A stretch of DNA of 64,000 nt from positions 62,001 to 126,000 of the forward strand of contig JAAOMT010000240.1 in assembly GCA_016748015.1 (NCBI GenBank), written 5' to 3'. The notes beneath the pieces were generated by a model. It saw only the letters and a list, made by a program, of their open reading frames with translations. It was not told the DNA's origin and ran no database searches. Origin of the DNA: Geosiphon pyriformis uo1 (Eukaryota; Fungi; Glomeromycota). Below, one piece after another: positions 51,024 through 64,000 of the stretch. The translations under genes were made by a program, and so were the position numbers. Each line of letters opens with the position of its first letter. Position 1 is the first letter of the stretch.

Positions 51024-52945
51024 TCAATTTCATCGCCACCTGCTTCTTCTTCGTTTATTTCTTCCCTTGGTCGTTTGCGACTGGGAGACAAATTTGTCGT
51101 TTTTGATAAGTCTCGTACTCCATGCCTCTAAATTAATCGGATACCAAGTTAGATGGTCGAAAAAGAAGAAATGAAAGTAAATGTGTGCGGGATCTACCCA
51201 AAACTCTTCATCGTACCGTAATCTCATAAGCCACAGTTTGTTCTTCTAAATTTGGAGATTTGACTAGATGGGCGTATCTAAGATTAAAACAAAATTTAGA
51301 ACACGAGTGATGTGTAATATAAAATATATCTGAGAAAAAAGAAGATTAGTAAATAGATAAATGGTCTCACCGAATATCATCCCTCCAATATAAAACCACA
51401 CGATTGGTACACTGATGAGCCCAACTCTCGCCTTTTATAGAAAAAAACTGAATAAATAATATAATTTTATCTCACAAAAATAATTACCCTTTATAGTATA
51501 CCCAGAGCCGGAACAAGCGCAGGTTGATTCGTAACTAAACTTCCAGTATTGAGGCCGAACCTTGTAGTCATCTGGTTCATGAGAACGATCTAAAATTCAA
51601 AAAAGGATTCAATAAAAGAATAGTATTTACGGTTATATATGAATTCCTCACTATTTTAGTTTTGAAAATAACCTACCGCGAGTTGAAACTTATGCGCGTG
51701 CTTAGTGAGATCTTGAGCTAATCCGTTCAATAATCGCGTGCGTAACGCCATATCACTAAAGGTTTGACGAAAATGAAACGCGATCGAGTCGATTACAACC
51801 AGTTTTACCTGCATTTGAAGATATCAAAATTAATTAATTTCTTTCGTTTTAAATAATAACATGAATCCCCATTTAAAAGTCTAAAAATCAATTGATTAAC
51901 GTATAAGAACCTCAGGATGTTCCTTTAGAAAATCGTCGAGAACTTTGACGACAGCCAATAGTTCAACATATTCGTGAACTCGAAAGTAATGGATTTTGGA
52001 CAAGATGGTATTAACGTCCAACAGCGGATCTGTGCTTTCCAAGGAGAATGAGAATAATTTGGTTGGGAGAAAATTATGTGAGATTGATCCATACCTGTGG
52101 AATCTTTCAGATGCTCATTTAAACTGCTGACCGTGCTAATGGCGATTTCTTGAACGCGTTTAGCAATAAAACTTCCTTCAGTATCTATTTGATTTAAAAA
52201 TAAAGGGTAAATAATCAAATACTGTTTTTACCGACAGGCGAAATTCACTCAGATAATTACCAATATAAATAGCTTCACCACCTGGTCCAGACAGACTTTT
52301 TGGGATCTGCACATTAACAGCTAGTTGCATCCTATAAAGAAAAAATTCAAATAACAAAAAACATGAATAGATACATAAATCTCAAATTTATTTTCAAAAT
52401 AAGAATCATACACACCCAAGCTGTGTTTTCCCGATACCAGGTGCACCGCAAAACTCGGTGATCTTTCCAATGGGCACACCACATCCGCCTAACATCTCAT
52501 CCATTGCGAGACACGAGGTTGATATGGGACATCGTTGAATGTCGCGTTCTAATGCTTCTGCTGCGGATAAGGATTCGATTTTAACTTTACAAATGGAAGG
52601 ATAAGATCACCCAATGAAAAAAAAAAGTTTTCATCAACTCAATTAATAATGATTTGACAAAATATAATCATATCCTTGAAAAGAAACAAACTTTTTTTGT
52701 ATTTTTGGATAAGATTTAGGCTTTGCTCTGTTGATATACCAAGATCTATCCGAAAAAAAAAATCAGAAAGATTTGGATATTAATTTGACAAAAGTTGAAC
52801 TTGTTCGGAGACAAAGTCCACCTTTACTCAGTGCAACCGGTGAGGTTTCTTGTAAGTCTTTCACCGTTTGATAGCCAGCGTTAAGAAGTTTTCCGCGAAT
52901 ATTTGGGCTCAATGGCAGTGAGGATATTGGCCTTAAATTGCTCAT
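51024..52945 (-). CDS. RAD51C: RAD51 paralog C (multi-exon)
   Basis: [32 protein letters not shown]...GEAIYIDTEGSF; VKLVVIDSIAFHFR; LGESWAH; C-terminal GVRD...RKRPR. Confidence 0.92.
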
Positions 52946-53077
52946 GGTAGATTTTATATCTTTTTATTTTACCTTGAAGTCAGTGGAGAATAATAAGATA
53001 ATATTCTTTAGAGATGATGATTAGGAATCAACGCATTACAAAACATGACTGATAATCGAAAACATTTTCAGATCAAG

Positions 53078-53105
53078 ACGCGATCAAAATGAATTATATA
53101 CGCGT
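53078..53105. promoter_or_regulatory. MCB-like ACGCGA and ACGCGT upstream of RAD51C
   Basis: Two CGCG-core boxes ~135-160 bp upstream of the ATG. Confidence 0.4.
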
Positions 53106-53219
53106 CCAAGATAAATCAGGCATATCAGGTTACGCATTAGAATCATGACTATTTGCGACATGAAACATGAAATTCTTTTTTTTTTCTATAATCAAATCTA
53201 TTTAAAACAAATTTCCCAA

Positions 53220-53775
53220 TTATATAGAAGACAGGAAATCCGTCAACGAGAACTCGGTCAAATTATCAAATCCACCACTCCCACCACCATCACCAGCATA
53301 ATCTCGTTTCTCTTTATTCAAAGCGTTAGCCAAATCTAGTTTCTTTTTCTTTTTACGTGACGATTTCGGTGATGCCATCTTTGAGGAATTGGCCTTAGAA
53401 TCACCAACAACAACTCCGCTAATTGGTTCGGGATTAATCATATTTATCAATTCTTTTTGAAACTTTTTGGGTTTTTCTTTCTTTCGTTTGGGAAGTTTAA
53501 TACTTCCAGGCCACCTTGTTTCACGATTACATAATTGACACAAGTATGAAACATGGTTTTTACGAGTAAGACGAGACTTTTTCTTTGCTTTTTTTGGAAG
53601 ATGTAGGGAAGAGGACTTTGATAAAAAGGTGGAAGGGAGTGAACTTTGGGAATTTTGTTTTGTTTGAGTCATGTATATTAATTGACGGAAATTAGAGAAT
53701 TTTTTTAAGGGTGTTTTTAACAACGCTTCTATTTAGTAAAAGAAAAGTGATTAATAAAGATTAAATTGTTTAAAG

Positions 53776-53820
<45 letters not shown>

Positions 53821-54422
53821 GAACCTTCTTCACTTGGAATTCTTTCACATTGACCTAAATCAATGATTTCCTTATCCTCGTGATCTTTAAAATTTCCCAT
53901 TTCACTTGCGCTTGATTTTTCATGATCATCTTCTTTATTCGGTTTTCCGGTATCAACATCCATTGGTAATATATTCAATCCCATTTCATCATTTTTTTCC
54001 CCTAAAGTTTTGTCTTCACAAATACTATTTTTAACGAGCAACATGCCATCTGCACCTTTTTTGTTGTAACCACTATCCTCCTTCTTATCCTCCTCGTTAA
54101 AAGTATCAACCACTTCACGTCGCTTCTTAAATTCTTTCCCTTTCCTGTTTCTTTGACCTTCTCTTTTTAAAACATTCCTTTTCCCATTTTTGCCAATCCA
54201 AACCTTGCAACTAACCCCAGGGACGAAGAGATTCCCGCAATAATTACAATATACTCGTTTTACCACATCTGACAAATTTAAGTTTTTTTGAACTGCCTGC
54301 TTTTTGAATTCAGACAGGTAGAAGGCAGATAGATTCGGGGCATTAGGAAATACTGTATGGGCTGCGGACCAGAGAAAGCGAAGTCGAGCGTTTCCCAGCG
54401 ATGAAGAGGGTTTCTGTGTCAT
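53220..54422 (-). CDS. RNase P/MRP subunit of the Rpr2/Rpp21/Snm1 family; exons 54422-53825, 53728-53220
   Basis: ARLRFLWSAAH; KRVYCNYCGNLFVPG; VSYLCQLCN; C-terminal LTDFLSSI; intron contains a (TTA)n repeat. Confidence 0.82.
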
Positions 54423-55922
54423 TTTTAGACTAACAAGCAAGGGTGATAAGGCACAGAAATTATAGCAGTTCTGACCAATCAAGAGGACAGATCTTTTCGC
54501 TTCACGTGAATTAAATATGTGTTACGTAGAAACATTAGATAGTAATTAGTAAAAATTAAATTAATAAATAAAGTTTATTTATACAATAAAAATTATAACA
54601 AGTTTTTCTTAATTAAATAAATTGAATTAAAAATTTTTTTTTTTTTAAAACAAATAAAAAAAAGCTCAATAAATTGTCAAATATTTACTTCAATTATAAA
54701 TAATTTGTAAATTATTTTATTTTAGTTCGTATAATTTGAAATATTAAATAACTTAATAAATAAATAAACAAATAAAACAAAGGTATTTTTTAAACACTGA
54801 ATCTTTTAAATTTTTTATTTACAAGTGTATTTATTTTTCGAGACTTGGAATAACTTTAAAACTAATAAAAGATAAATTAATTTAAAAATTCAGGATTTTT
54901 AATTTGTTTTGAGTGCAAGTATTTGTCGCAAGTAATTTTAAAAAAAAAATTCCAATTAAAAAGTTTAAATAATAAAAAATTGATTGATAAAAAAATTTTT
55001 TTTTTCCAAAGTTATAGATTTTTTATTTAAATTTTTTTCGGATGATTTTTGAGATTAAAACCTGAGACAAATTTATTTTTCAGAAATATACATATATATT
55101 ACCGTCCAAAATGCTAAATCTCAACCTCAGCCTCAACCTCAACCTCAACCTCAAATTTAGCCCTAACTTTAATTCTAAATCAAAAACCAAGACAAATTTT
55201 CAAAATTTTCTTCGTGACCATTTTGTTTGCATTTGTTCCCGATTCTGGTCTAACTAATTATCCTAATGACCTAGACTTTGCTACAACTCCCACAATTTTC
55301 GACCCTACAGGATTACAACAATACGCGGAACTTCCTCAATCATCCGTCACTCCTCCTCCTCCTCCTCCTCCTCCTCCTCAAGTTAACCCCGATCAAACAA
55401 AAAATCCTCAACAGGGGCACAATTTCAAATAGTCAATCAAATCCTCGTAAAGATCAGGTCAACGGGAGTGACAATAACAGTCAACCAAAAAAGTCTTCAA
55501 ATAGTGAACCATATTTACAAGAGGTACCTCTCGAAGATATGCCTCAATTTTTAATTGATCATTTTCGCCCTTCGAATTAAATTTCAATTGACACACATAT
55601 AAAGTTTGCAGAGTTTAAAGTTCATGTAAAACTGGAAAGTCAATTTGTTCCAGCTTCGATTTCAATAGGTTAACATTTAAACATTGAAAATATCTGACAA
55701 GAGTAGAAACTAATATTAAAAATTGTCATTTTGTTAACCAAAAGTGTCCCAATTCAACATTTATGAATAGTGCAACTTTTAATTTAAAAAACCAAATAAC
55801 AATAATAAATCTTGGTTTTACCCAACTAATAATTTTTTGAAAAAAAAAAAAAAAACAATCAAAGTTCAGAATTCATGCAATATAGCTACAGATATGATAT
55901 GTATTAAATAAGCTCACATTTT

Positions 55923-56370
55923 TATTATCATACTAAAGGAAAGTCTTTAAAAATACATCTATAAAGTTTTAACATTGATTGCGAGTTTCTAAAAGTTTTT
56001 AGGTCTATAGGCTATAGGGCCATTATAATTTCCATTGCTGTTTCCATTGAAATTCCCTTTCGAATTGTTGCCATTATTTGTTCCTATTTTTAGCATAAAA
56101 CGCAAGCACAAGTAGAAATCAATTTTAGCTTTTCATTTCAATCATGCATGATTGAAATGAAAAGCTAAAATTGATTTCTACTTGTGCTTGCGTTTTATGC
56201 TAAAAATAGGAACAAATAATGGCAACAATTCGAAAGGGAATTTCAATGGAAACAGCAATGGAAATTATAATGGCCCTATAGCCTATAGACCTAAAAACTT
56301 TTAGAAACTCGCAATCAATGTTAAAACTTTATAGATGTATTTTTAAAGACTTTCCTTTAGTATGATAATA
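55923..56370. repeat. Perfect 448-bp palindrome (224-bp arms, no spacer)
   Basis: Centre ...TCAATCATG|CATGATTGA... at 56146/56147; arms read as exact reverse complements out to TATTATCA/TGATAATA. Confidence 0.95.
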
Positions 56371-59300
56371 GACTTTTTTTAGAAAATTGAGGAAACTCAT
56401 TGCATATTATAACTTATTGATCCCTTGAATTTTCAAATACCCGTACCTTACGATATTAAAATGCCAAAATGGCCTTACTTTTTCATTTTAAGTCATCAAA
56501 GATAGCAGATCTGCCTTTTTGAAAATTGGCGCCAAATTTTTTATTTAGGATTATAACCGTTTTTGCTACCGTAAATGCAAGGAGAATCCGATATATTAGG
56601 CTAACAGGCTTAGGTTATTGTTAAATTTGACGAATTACGATAATTAAGATGTTTTCAAATTGGAAAAAATTACTTTCCAAATTTGCCTAATTTATGTCAG
56701 CGAAATTCAAAGATTGTTTTTTTTTGGTATTTAAAATATAACCAAATAGAATCAGTAATTGGTATTTCTATCTTCAAAAATTTCTATAATACTGTTTATG
56801 ATTATCTTGAAAGACTTTTTTGAAAAAATTTTATGAAATGTCAAAAAAATTTAAAATAGTTATATAAATTCTTTGCTGAACGAAAGAAATCTTGGGTTAT
56901 GAAATTTTTTAGTGAAAATTTTATCAAATATACAATAAAAAACCTTTGAAAAAAAGTTTTTTTTTTTTTTAAAACCAAATTTATATATCTTTTTGGGAAA
57001 ATGGCTTGATATATGTCGAACATATACAGTATGTGACAACTTTTACAGTTTTATGAGTATCAAATTTAAGCTTATGTAACATGTTCCAATATTTTGTTGT
57101 AAATATAATACCGAGATATATTTTATTCATATTCATATTCATATTCTCATGCTGATTTCTTTTCTCAAAAGTAAAATTTTACACTTAAAGCTCATGATTG
57201 CAACAAATGCAAAAATTTCCATGTGTTATTTGCCAATTTTTATTTTTTAAAAAGCTATATAAGAATTGCTTAAACAGAAACCAAGCAATTGATAAAATAA
57301 TTAATTAAACATCCAATTCATAAACCAGAAAAAAATGAATTTTTTATGTTGCAAAAAAAAAGAATTTGGTATTGTTTATAAAGTGTAAAAACATTATGGT
57401 AAAATAAGTTTTTAAAAATAAAATTCATAAAACAATTTTGAAAATATATTAGCAATTTTTAAAGAAATAATTCTTTTTGTTAAATATTTTTTTATTTTTT
57501 AATTAAAATTTTATTAAATTAAGAAAATTATATCAAAAGTAAAAAAAATTTAAAACTTTTATAATAATAAAATTATAAATAAAAAGTTATAATTATTTAA
57601 GAAAAAACAAAATCATAAAATAAATTAAAGAAAAATATTAATTAATTAAAATTAAATCAAATTTTTATTTAAAAACAATGGCTTATATTTTTTTTTACTC
57701 ATTTAGCTGGTTCCCCAATAATACTTGTATACAATAAAGGATTGTATAAGCTATAGACTATTATGCACTGATACTTTCCATTATTTTTTAATAATGATTT
57801 TTATATTTTTGAAATCTAATGTATTATATTTTTATTAATTTAGTATTGCTTTTGAAGGAGTTGATGGCTTATATAATATAAAAGCAATCAAAATAGATAA
57901 GGAGTAGCCACTTAATCCAGATCAGATTAAAAAGAAAACTCGAAAAAGAGTCATTTCCTCTTTATCAGCATTTATATTCTAGGAAAGAATTTAATCCTTG
58001 TTCAAAAAATTATTTGGGAAAAATCAGAAGTTCTTTAATATTAGAAATATAGTTGGCGAAGTGCCCAATTTTAGAACTTTTTATACTCATTTGCAAATTT
58101 TAGCAACAAAATTATTATATTTTACTGTAACACTCTGTCGATTGGATTAAAAGAGAAAATAATTCCCTAATTCTAGATAAAGGTTTTTCATTTGCCTCAA
58201 AATATTTTGGCCAACATAAAGTTCATGTCTTATTTTCTTGAAGATATATTTATAATGACGAGAAGTTTATTAATCCCTTTAAAGACTATTTAATTGAACA
58301 CTACGCGAAAGAGCTAAAAAAAAAAAAAACTTTTCCCACTTTACAAAAACTTTATTTATGCATGATTCTTTCAAAAAGTTATAAAAATTCTGCACCGAAA
58401 TAGCTATTAAAAAAAATTTAGCTATAGCCTTCAACTCGCAAGATTTCACCTCCTTTAATGAAAATACTCTTTTCTCAATTTTAACCTAAATCTAAAATAG
58501 GGGAGTTGCTAAATTAGATCCAAATATTCAGAGAGAAAAAGTTCTTTAATAGACAGATGAAAACTTTAAAACCTTTAAGGAATCCAATCGAAAGACTTCT
58601 ACCTTTAATCCGTTTTTTTTTTTACATATCTTCAGTTAGACTTTTATCACAAAATAAAACCATTTGCGAGAATCTTACCTGAAACTTTAGTTGAAAGATC
58701 TTTTTATATCATTATCTTATACCGGTTAATTATCAAAGTCTTTAGTTACTCAGTCATTACGTTTTTCTCAATTAAATATTTATTTAATCGTATAATATAA
58801 AATAGCTTGATTATTGGATTTAAGGCAAAGACAAAAATACTCATTTTGGAAATCAACTTTAATTCGTTACTTCAAGGCAGTCAAGATAAATTCACTCCAG
58901 CCAATTTTCATTAATAGTTAGTGTAATCCAAGTGAAAGGAACTTGGAAGCTAATTAGGAGCAATCGTAGCACTCTAAGAATGATTTGACAAACAAAAAAA
59001 AATCATTTCTTCAAAAAAAACTCCCCCCCCCCAAAAAAAATATCGAAAAGTAAAATTTTTATTACATCTATTTGGATCTAAAGTGATTAATAAACCAAAC
59101 ATATCATGTTATGTCAACAATTAAATTTTAGAGAACAGAATAATGATTTGAAATTTTTCAATTATCAATGGTATTAATAAAAAATTATTATTCATAACCA
59201 CATTGCTAAAAAAAAAAATAACGTAATTTGAACTTGAAAAAAAACATTTTGTAATGCTTTTTTAAATAAAATAAATTTAATTATGAATAAATTTTGCAAT

Positions 59301-59755
59301 TCATGTAAAATAATATTAAATTTGATTAATTTATTGATATTGTATCTGAAATGATAAATATGTACATATATAGAACAAATAAATGTTTTATAAAAATTTC
59401 ATAATCAATAAAAATTCTTTTATTAAAATTTAATTAAATTCAAATTTTAAGTTTTAATGAAAAATATACAACTCAAATTTTTTTAGTATTTATTTTAGTG
59501 TATAAATCTTAAAATTTTAATATACATAACAATTAATTATATGACAATCCTTAATTTCCAATCTTTCAAAATATTGAAAATCAATTTTCAGAAATATATA
59601 TATCGGATCATTTTTCATTTAAAAAATTTGGTTGACGTTCAAACCAAAGCAAACCTAAATTATATGGTACTTTGTCCCAAATAAGATCATTATTCTCCAG
59701 TAATCTTAAACTCAATTTACAAGCTTAACATTAATCAACCCTGTTTGTGAATCAA

Positions 59756-62700
59756 TTATTTATCAGTTTTGTTCATTTTCATTTTTTTTGTTGAGGTGCG
59801 TCCTGAGAAAGAGCCTGCTCTTTTTTCGGATAAACCTTTAATTTTAAAAAAGCGTTTTCTACCCTCTCTTTCTTTTTCTGTTGACACTGATTCTTGCTGA
59901 GCCACCTTTTTCGCATGCTCTAATCTGCGAAGCGTCTGCTTTTCTTTTCGTTTTCTTTCTTTTTCTTTTTTAAGAGTTTGAATTTGTTGAATGAGTGTAT
60001 AAATCTTTTTCTCTCCTGGTTCAAGAACAACTGCTCGTTTTTGTAAATATGAGGACTTTGAACGCTTCTTGAGATCTTTGAGTTTTGAAGCGAAAGGAAG
60101 TGCTGCTTGTAGGGTTTTAGGTATTCTTAAAGGGTTGAAACGGCGAATTGGCCGGTCAATGTTCTAAAGATTATAAAGCGTAAATTGTGATAAATAAAAT
60201 AAGTTATTCATAATAAACTTGAATACTAAGACTTACTCTATATGTAGAATTGGGATTATAGGGAGTAGAAATCGCCATTTCTTTTCTAATTTGCCCGATC
60301 AGCCTCATCCCCTGCCAATCAGTCTTTGTAGATAGCAAGAGAGACGTCACAGGGTTATACAACTTCTTTGGCTTAACCGGATACCAAGCCCTTAAGAATA
60401 CAATGTCTAAATGGATTGAAATGAATTTTAGCACTTGTGTAAAAATATTTAATGATTCGTTGGTTTTTCAGAATTCCTACCGCTCATCAGTATCTTATCT
60501 TCGAATGTTGCTCGAAAATGTCCCTCAGGTTTCTAAATTCGAAATTTTTATTTTTATTAACAGATCAAAAATTTCAAAAGAAAGGGGAAATACATACCGA
60601 GAGTGGTTTCTTAACTTGACCTCGTATACCTGATACCGTCCGAATGGCTGCACCTTCAAATTTTGCCACTTCTAATGCAGAATTGAACATCTCTTTGATG
60701 AAAGCGGTGTTTCTGAATATTTTATATGGGATCCCGGTCAACTTTAATTTTTTCACAATTTCTGCTGAATGATTAATATCAAGAATGACACCAGTAGCAC
60801 TAATGCGAAAAGCCAACTTGATAATAAATAATAGGGATAAGTCTTTGAAGGCAGGATATTATGATAAACAAAGATTGAAAAATATTCAGCTCTACCTTAT
60901 TATCATCAGAAACTGACTGCACTGCACAAAATCCGGTATTTGGAGGATGAATAGGACCTAAAAGAAATCACGTAATTATTTTTTGAACTATCTCTGATTA
61001 AAAGAATAAAATGTCAAAGACCAATCGTGAAGGATTTACCATATATAGTTGCTATACAATGCATATGCTCAGGAGTATATTTGAGCATTCTGTTGCGTAT
61101 ACCATCATTGAGCGAGTATATAGGTATAGTTTGAAAACGTCGCCATCCCATTGAGAAAATTAGAGGATCGTTGGTTTTGAGAATCTTGGGATGCCAGCGG
61201 TGTCTTTTCAAACGTATCTATATTTGAATCGTAAAAGAATTAAGAAAAATAAGGAGAGGATAAAGTTTTTTAAATGGAATACCTGAATAAAGCCCAAATT
61301 TTCTTCTGTTGTTAACAAGCCTCCAAGGATGATAGGATAAATCGGATCAAAATATTTAACAAACTCTGAAGGAATGTTTTTTAAAAGAACCCGAATATAT
61401 GTTCCAGGACGAAACCCTTCTACTAAGGAACGAATCTTGATGTCATCTTGGTTAAACTCATCGCGGTTTAATTTCAGTTGTTTATCGATATCGTTCTTTA
61501 CTTGTTCATAGAAAGTTAATTGTGGCTCATCGTTGTCCTCTTGATCATACTCTGAATCAAACTTCTTTTTTAGCTCTTCTTTTTTCCGGGAAAGAGCATC
61601 ATCAGCTAACTCTTTAGACTTTTCTGTTTCTTGTCCAGTAAATATTTCGCCTGTTTCCAAGTCTTCGAAATCACCATAGACTAAGTCGGTGTCTACTGTT
61701 CGAGATTTATTAGTAATTTCATGGTTTTCCTCCGAGCTGCCCGTTATGAATCGATACCGTATAGACTGTAATTTCTAGATTAAATTCGAGATAAGTTAAT
61801 TTAACCGTTGTCATATTTGTTTCTTTGATTCTAATTCGATAGAAGTTAGGTTTAAAAATATTTCAGCCATTGCGACTTACATCTTGGTCATCCCATTCAT
61901 CTAGATTGACTGGGTCCAAATTTGCTTTGACTGAATCAATTTCATTAGATGTTTGCAGGCTCTTTTGATTCCCGTCTATTATTTTAAAAAATCCATTTTC
62001 GTCTGCTTCAGACTCTATTTCACTAAAATCTCGAGCTTCTTTTTCTGTAGAAGTGGGTTTTTTGAGTGAATTCATTTTGTCATCGATAATTTCTTCAGGG
62101 GTCTTTTCAGTGCCATAAATTAGCTGCATGAGATTTACTCTCTTGTTTGCATAAAATGATTGTCTTGCTTTTTTGGCCAAATCTGTTTTCCACCTTAATG
62201 AGGCATCTATGTCTTGATTATCTGAATCTTCACTTTCTGAAGAACTGTTCAACTCGCTATCGCTTTCAGCAAACGCAATATCATCATATTCATCATCAAC
62301 AAATGGTTTCTTGGTTTGTGTTTCATCTTTGGCTGAAGCAGCTCGTCTTTCTTTGCGTAGGGGTAAGACTTTTGCATCTTTCGTCTCCTTTGTTGTATAA
62401 CTTTCATTCTCTTCTGGTTGACAAGAATCATCCTCACTATCACAAGAGATTTTATCATCTTCGTTATCTAACTCTTGCTCGGAATCCAAATCACTTGCTT
62501 CAGTTTCTTCCGAATTCTCTGTCTCCTCACATTCACTGCTTGAAATATCCATCTTATTGTCTTTGGCATTTCCTTGATCAATATTAATCCTTAAACGTTC
62601 TATGGAGTTATACTCGTCGTCTTTATCATTGTGTACAGCTCTTCGACTATAGATGACATCCCTTTTAATTGATTCTTCCGAATCTATAACATCGTGTGAG

Positions 62701-64000
62701 AGGTTTTATATAAAGGTAAACAAAAAATTGGTCAAGAATTATACCTGATGTTCTTTCATCTGTTGTCTCCTCATCTTGCACGTTCGCTGCTGTTAATGGA
62801 GTTGAATTTGCGAAAATTCGAAGCTCACTAGCTTTTAGTTGGGACGCAAGAGTATCCGGAGCATCTTGCAAATTAATAACCATTTTTTCTCCTGGGCCTT
62901 GTGGGGAATTAACCTCTAAAAATATTCCTTTTAATACCATTACAACAAAAATTCCCGAAATTAGCCTAGGTAAGCCTACCATTTCTTTCCTCTTCGTTTA
63001 AATTATCGCTCCTCTTTGTGAAATTACCAGGAACGTTAATATAGACTGCGTCTTTATCATACATTATACCATCCACTTCTGACATGGGGGCGTAGATAAG
63101 CTTTTGCTTTTCACTTAAACTTTTCCTCACTTTATCTGGTAAGGGACACGGATCAAGTAATGCAGACACATCAGCCAAATATTGATCACCGGCACCAGGG
63201 ATGTGAGCCTTTATTGAAAAATAAATCAGATCAAAAACCTAAATCCAAATTCGGTCATTGATTTGTAAAGGGGAAATCATGCTTTAAAGACCTTCATGTT
63301 AGCCTTCAGATTGGTCCCTCGCAAGTACCCGTACAATGTGACGGTACGATCACAATTCGGATTTATTCTGACTTCTTCGGGATCAGTCAGATCTTCAACG
63401 CGATCGGCCACCATATAAGGATGTGTATTTCTCCATATAAGTGGGCGAAACTTCATTACGGATATAAACCGAGAAAGATTTTGGATTTCTTGATTTGGAT
63501 ATCGACCATTGATAATGCCCGAAAGATAAAAAAGTTTGGCACCTTGGTATATTTCGGTCCAGAAACGGTGTTTCAGGCGTTTTTTAGTTGTACGTAAAGT
63601 CTTGTTGTTTTTGAATAAATCCAAGTGTGTAAGCACACCCATTATTTTCGGAAAACCGTGAACCTGTAAAATGTTTAAAAACTCGAATGTTTCCTAAATA
63701 AAATGTAATTGAGGGGAGGTTAATCGATTATCTTGTGAGAAACTCTATGAATATTTTACCATTTCAAAACCAAAGCTGGCATCAATCAATAATAGTACAA
63801 GATCTGCAACTTTGGCGATATCGATCATACTGTTCATATCGTTTGCACACTCCAAGAAAGTCAATCGCCGATGCTTTCCTGTAAAATCAGAGAATTTTAA
63901 CAGCTGCAGGTATTATATCTCAAATGGTAGATTTCTTCGTTAATTTCGTACCACTCACAACCGTGATCGGTCCTTTTACTTCAGTAAGACTATGTTTTGT
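59756..64000 (-). CDS. BMS1: Ribosome biogenesis GTPase Bms1 (5' end lies beyond the window)
   Basis: [24 protein letters not shown]; GVLTHLD; [20 protein letters not shown]; [26 protein letters not shown]; [13 protein letters not shown]. Confidence 0.96.

Noticed and set aside
52670-52678. ATATCCTTG U12-like donor
   Set aside because: On the strand opposite RAD51C, within a GT-AG intron.
56400-59100. Possible hidden gene in moderately GC sequence
   Set aside because: No consistent exons or recognisable protein/RNA motifs found by eye; not excluded without transcript data.
15651-64000. Functional cluster of RNA-processing and repair genes (SEN2, LSM4, PRCC, USB1, RPP21, BMS1, RAD18, RAD51C)
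   Set aside because: Spread over ~48 kb and interleaved with unrelated genes; consistent with ordinary housekeeping islands.

Overview
Eukaryotic, intron-rich, AT-rich fungal DNA. Gene content, minor-spliceosome introns and the LINE family suggest an early-diverging fungus (Mucoromycota/Glomeromycotina, Geosiphon-like); this is inference. Islands of housekeeping genes alternate with extremely AT-rich deserts. The window holds two full-length but decayed copies of an APE-RT-RNase H LINE family (741-9664, ~20138-26923), each with a target-site duplication and poly(A) tail. The first carries a nested, internally deleted LTR element (1826-3973). Genes: a Ser/Thr-rich GPI protein, SEN2, LSM4, PRCC-like, RAD18, C12orf4/FERRY3-like with a UBA insert, an ADF-H+PH protein, dynein intermediate chain, USB1, base-exchange PS synthase, RAD51C, Rpp21/Rpr2-like and BMS1 (5' end outside the window). 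LSM4 and USB1 are absent from the ORF track. Most notable: a perfect, spacer-less 448-bp palindrome (55923-56370); two U12-type introns (AT-AC in RAD18, GT-AG in PSS); transition-dominated, RIP-like decay of repeats with an apparent ApC-sparing bias; a conserved structured LINE 3' tail; a RAD18 with no UBZ but a SIM-like motif; and a candidate micro-exon/poison-exon cassette in USB1. All coordinates and alignments were read by eye.
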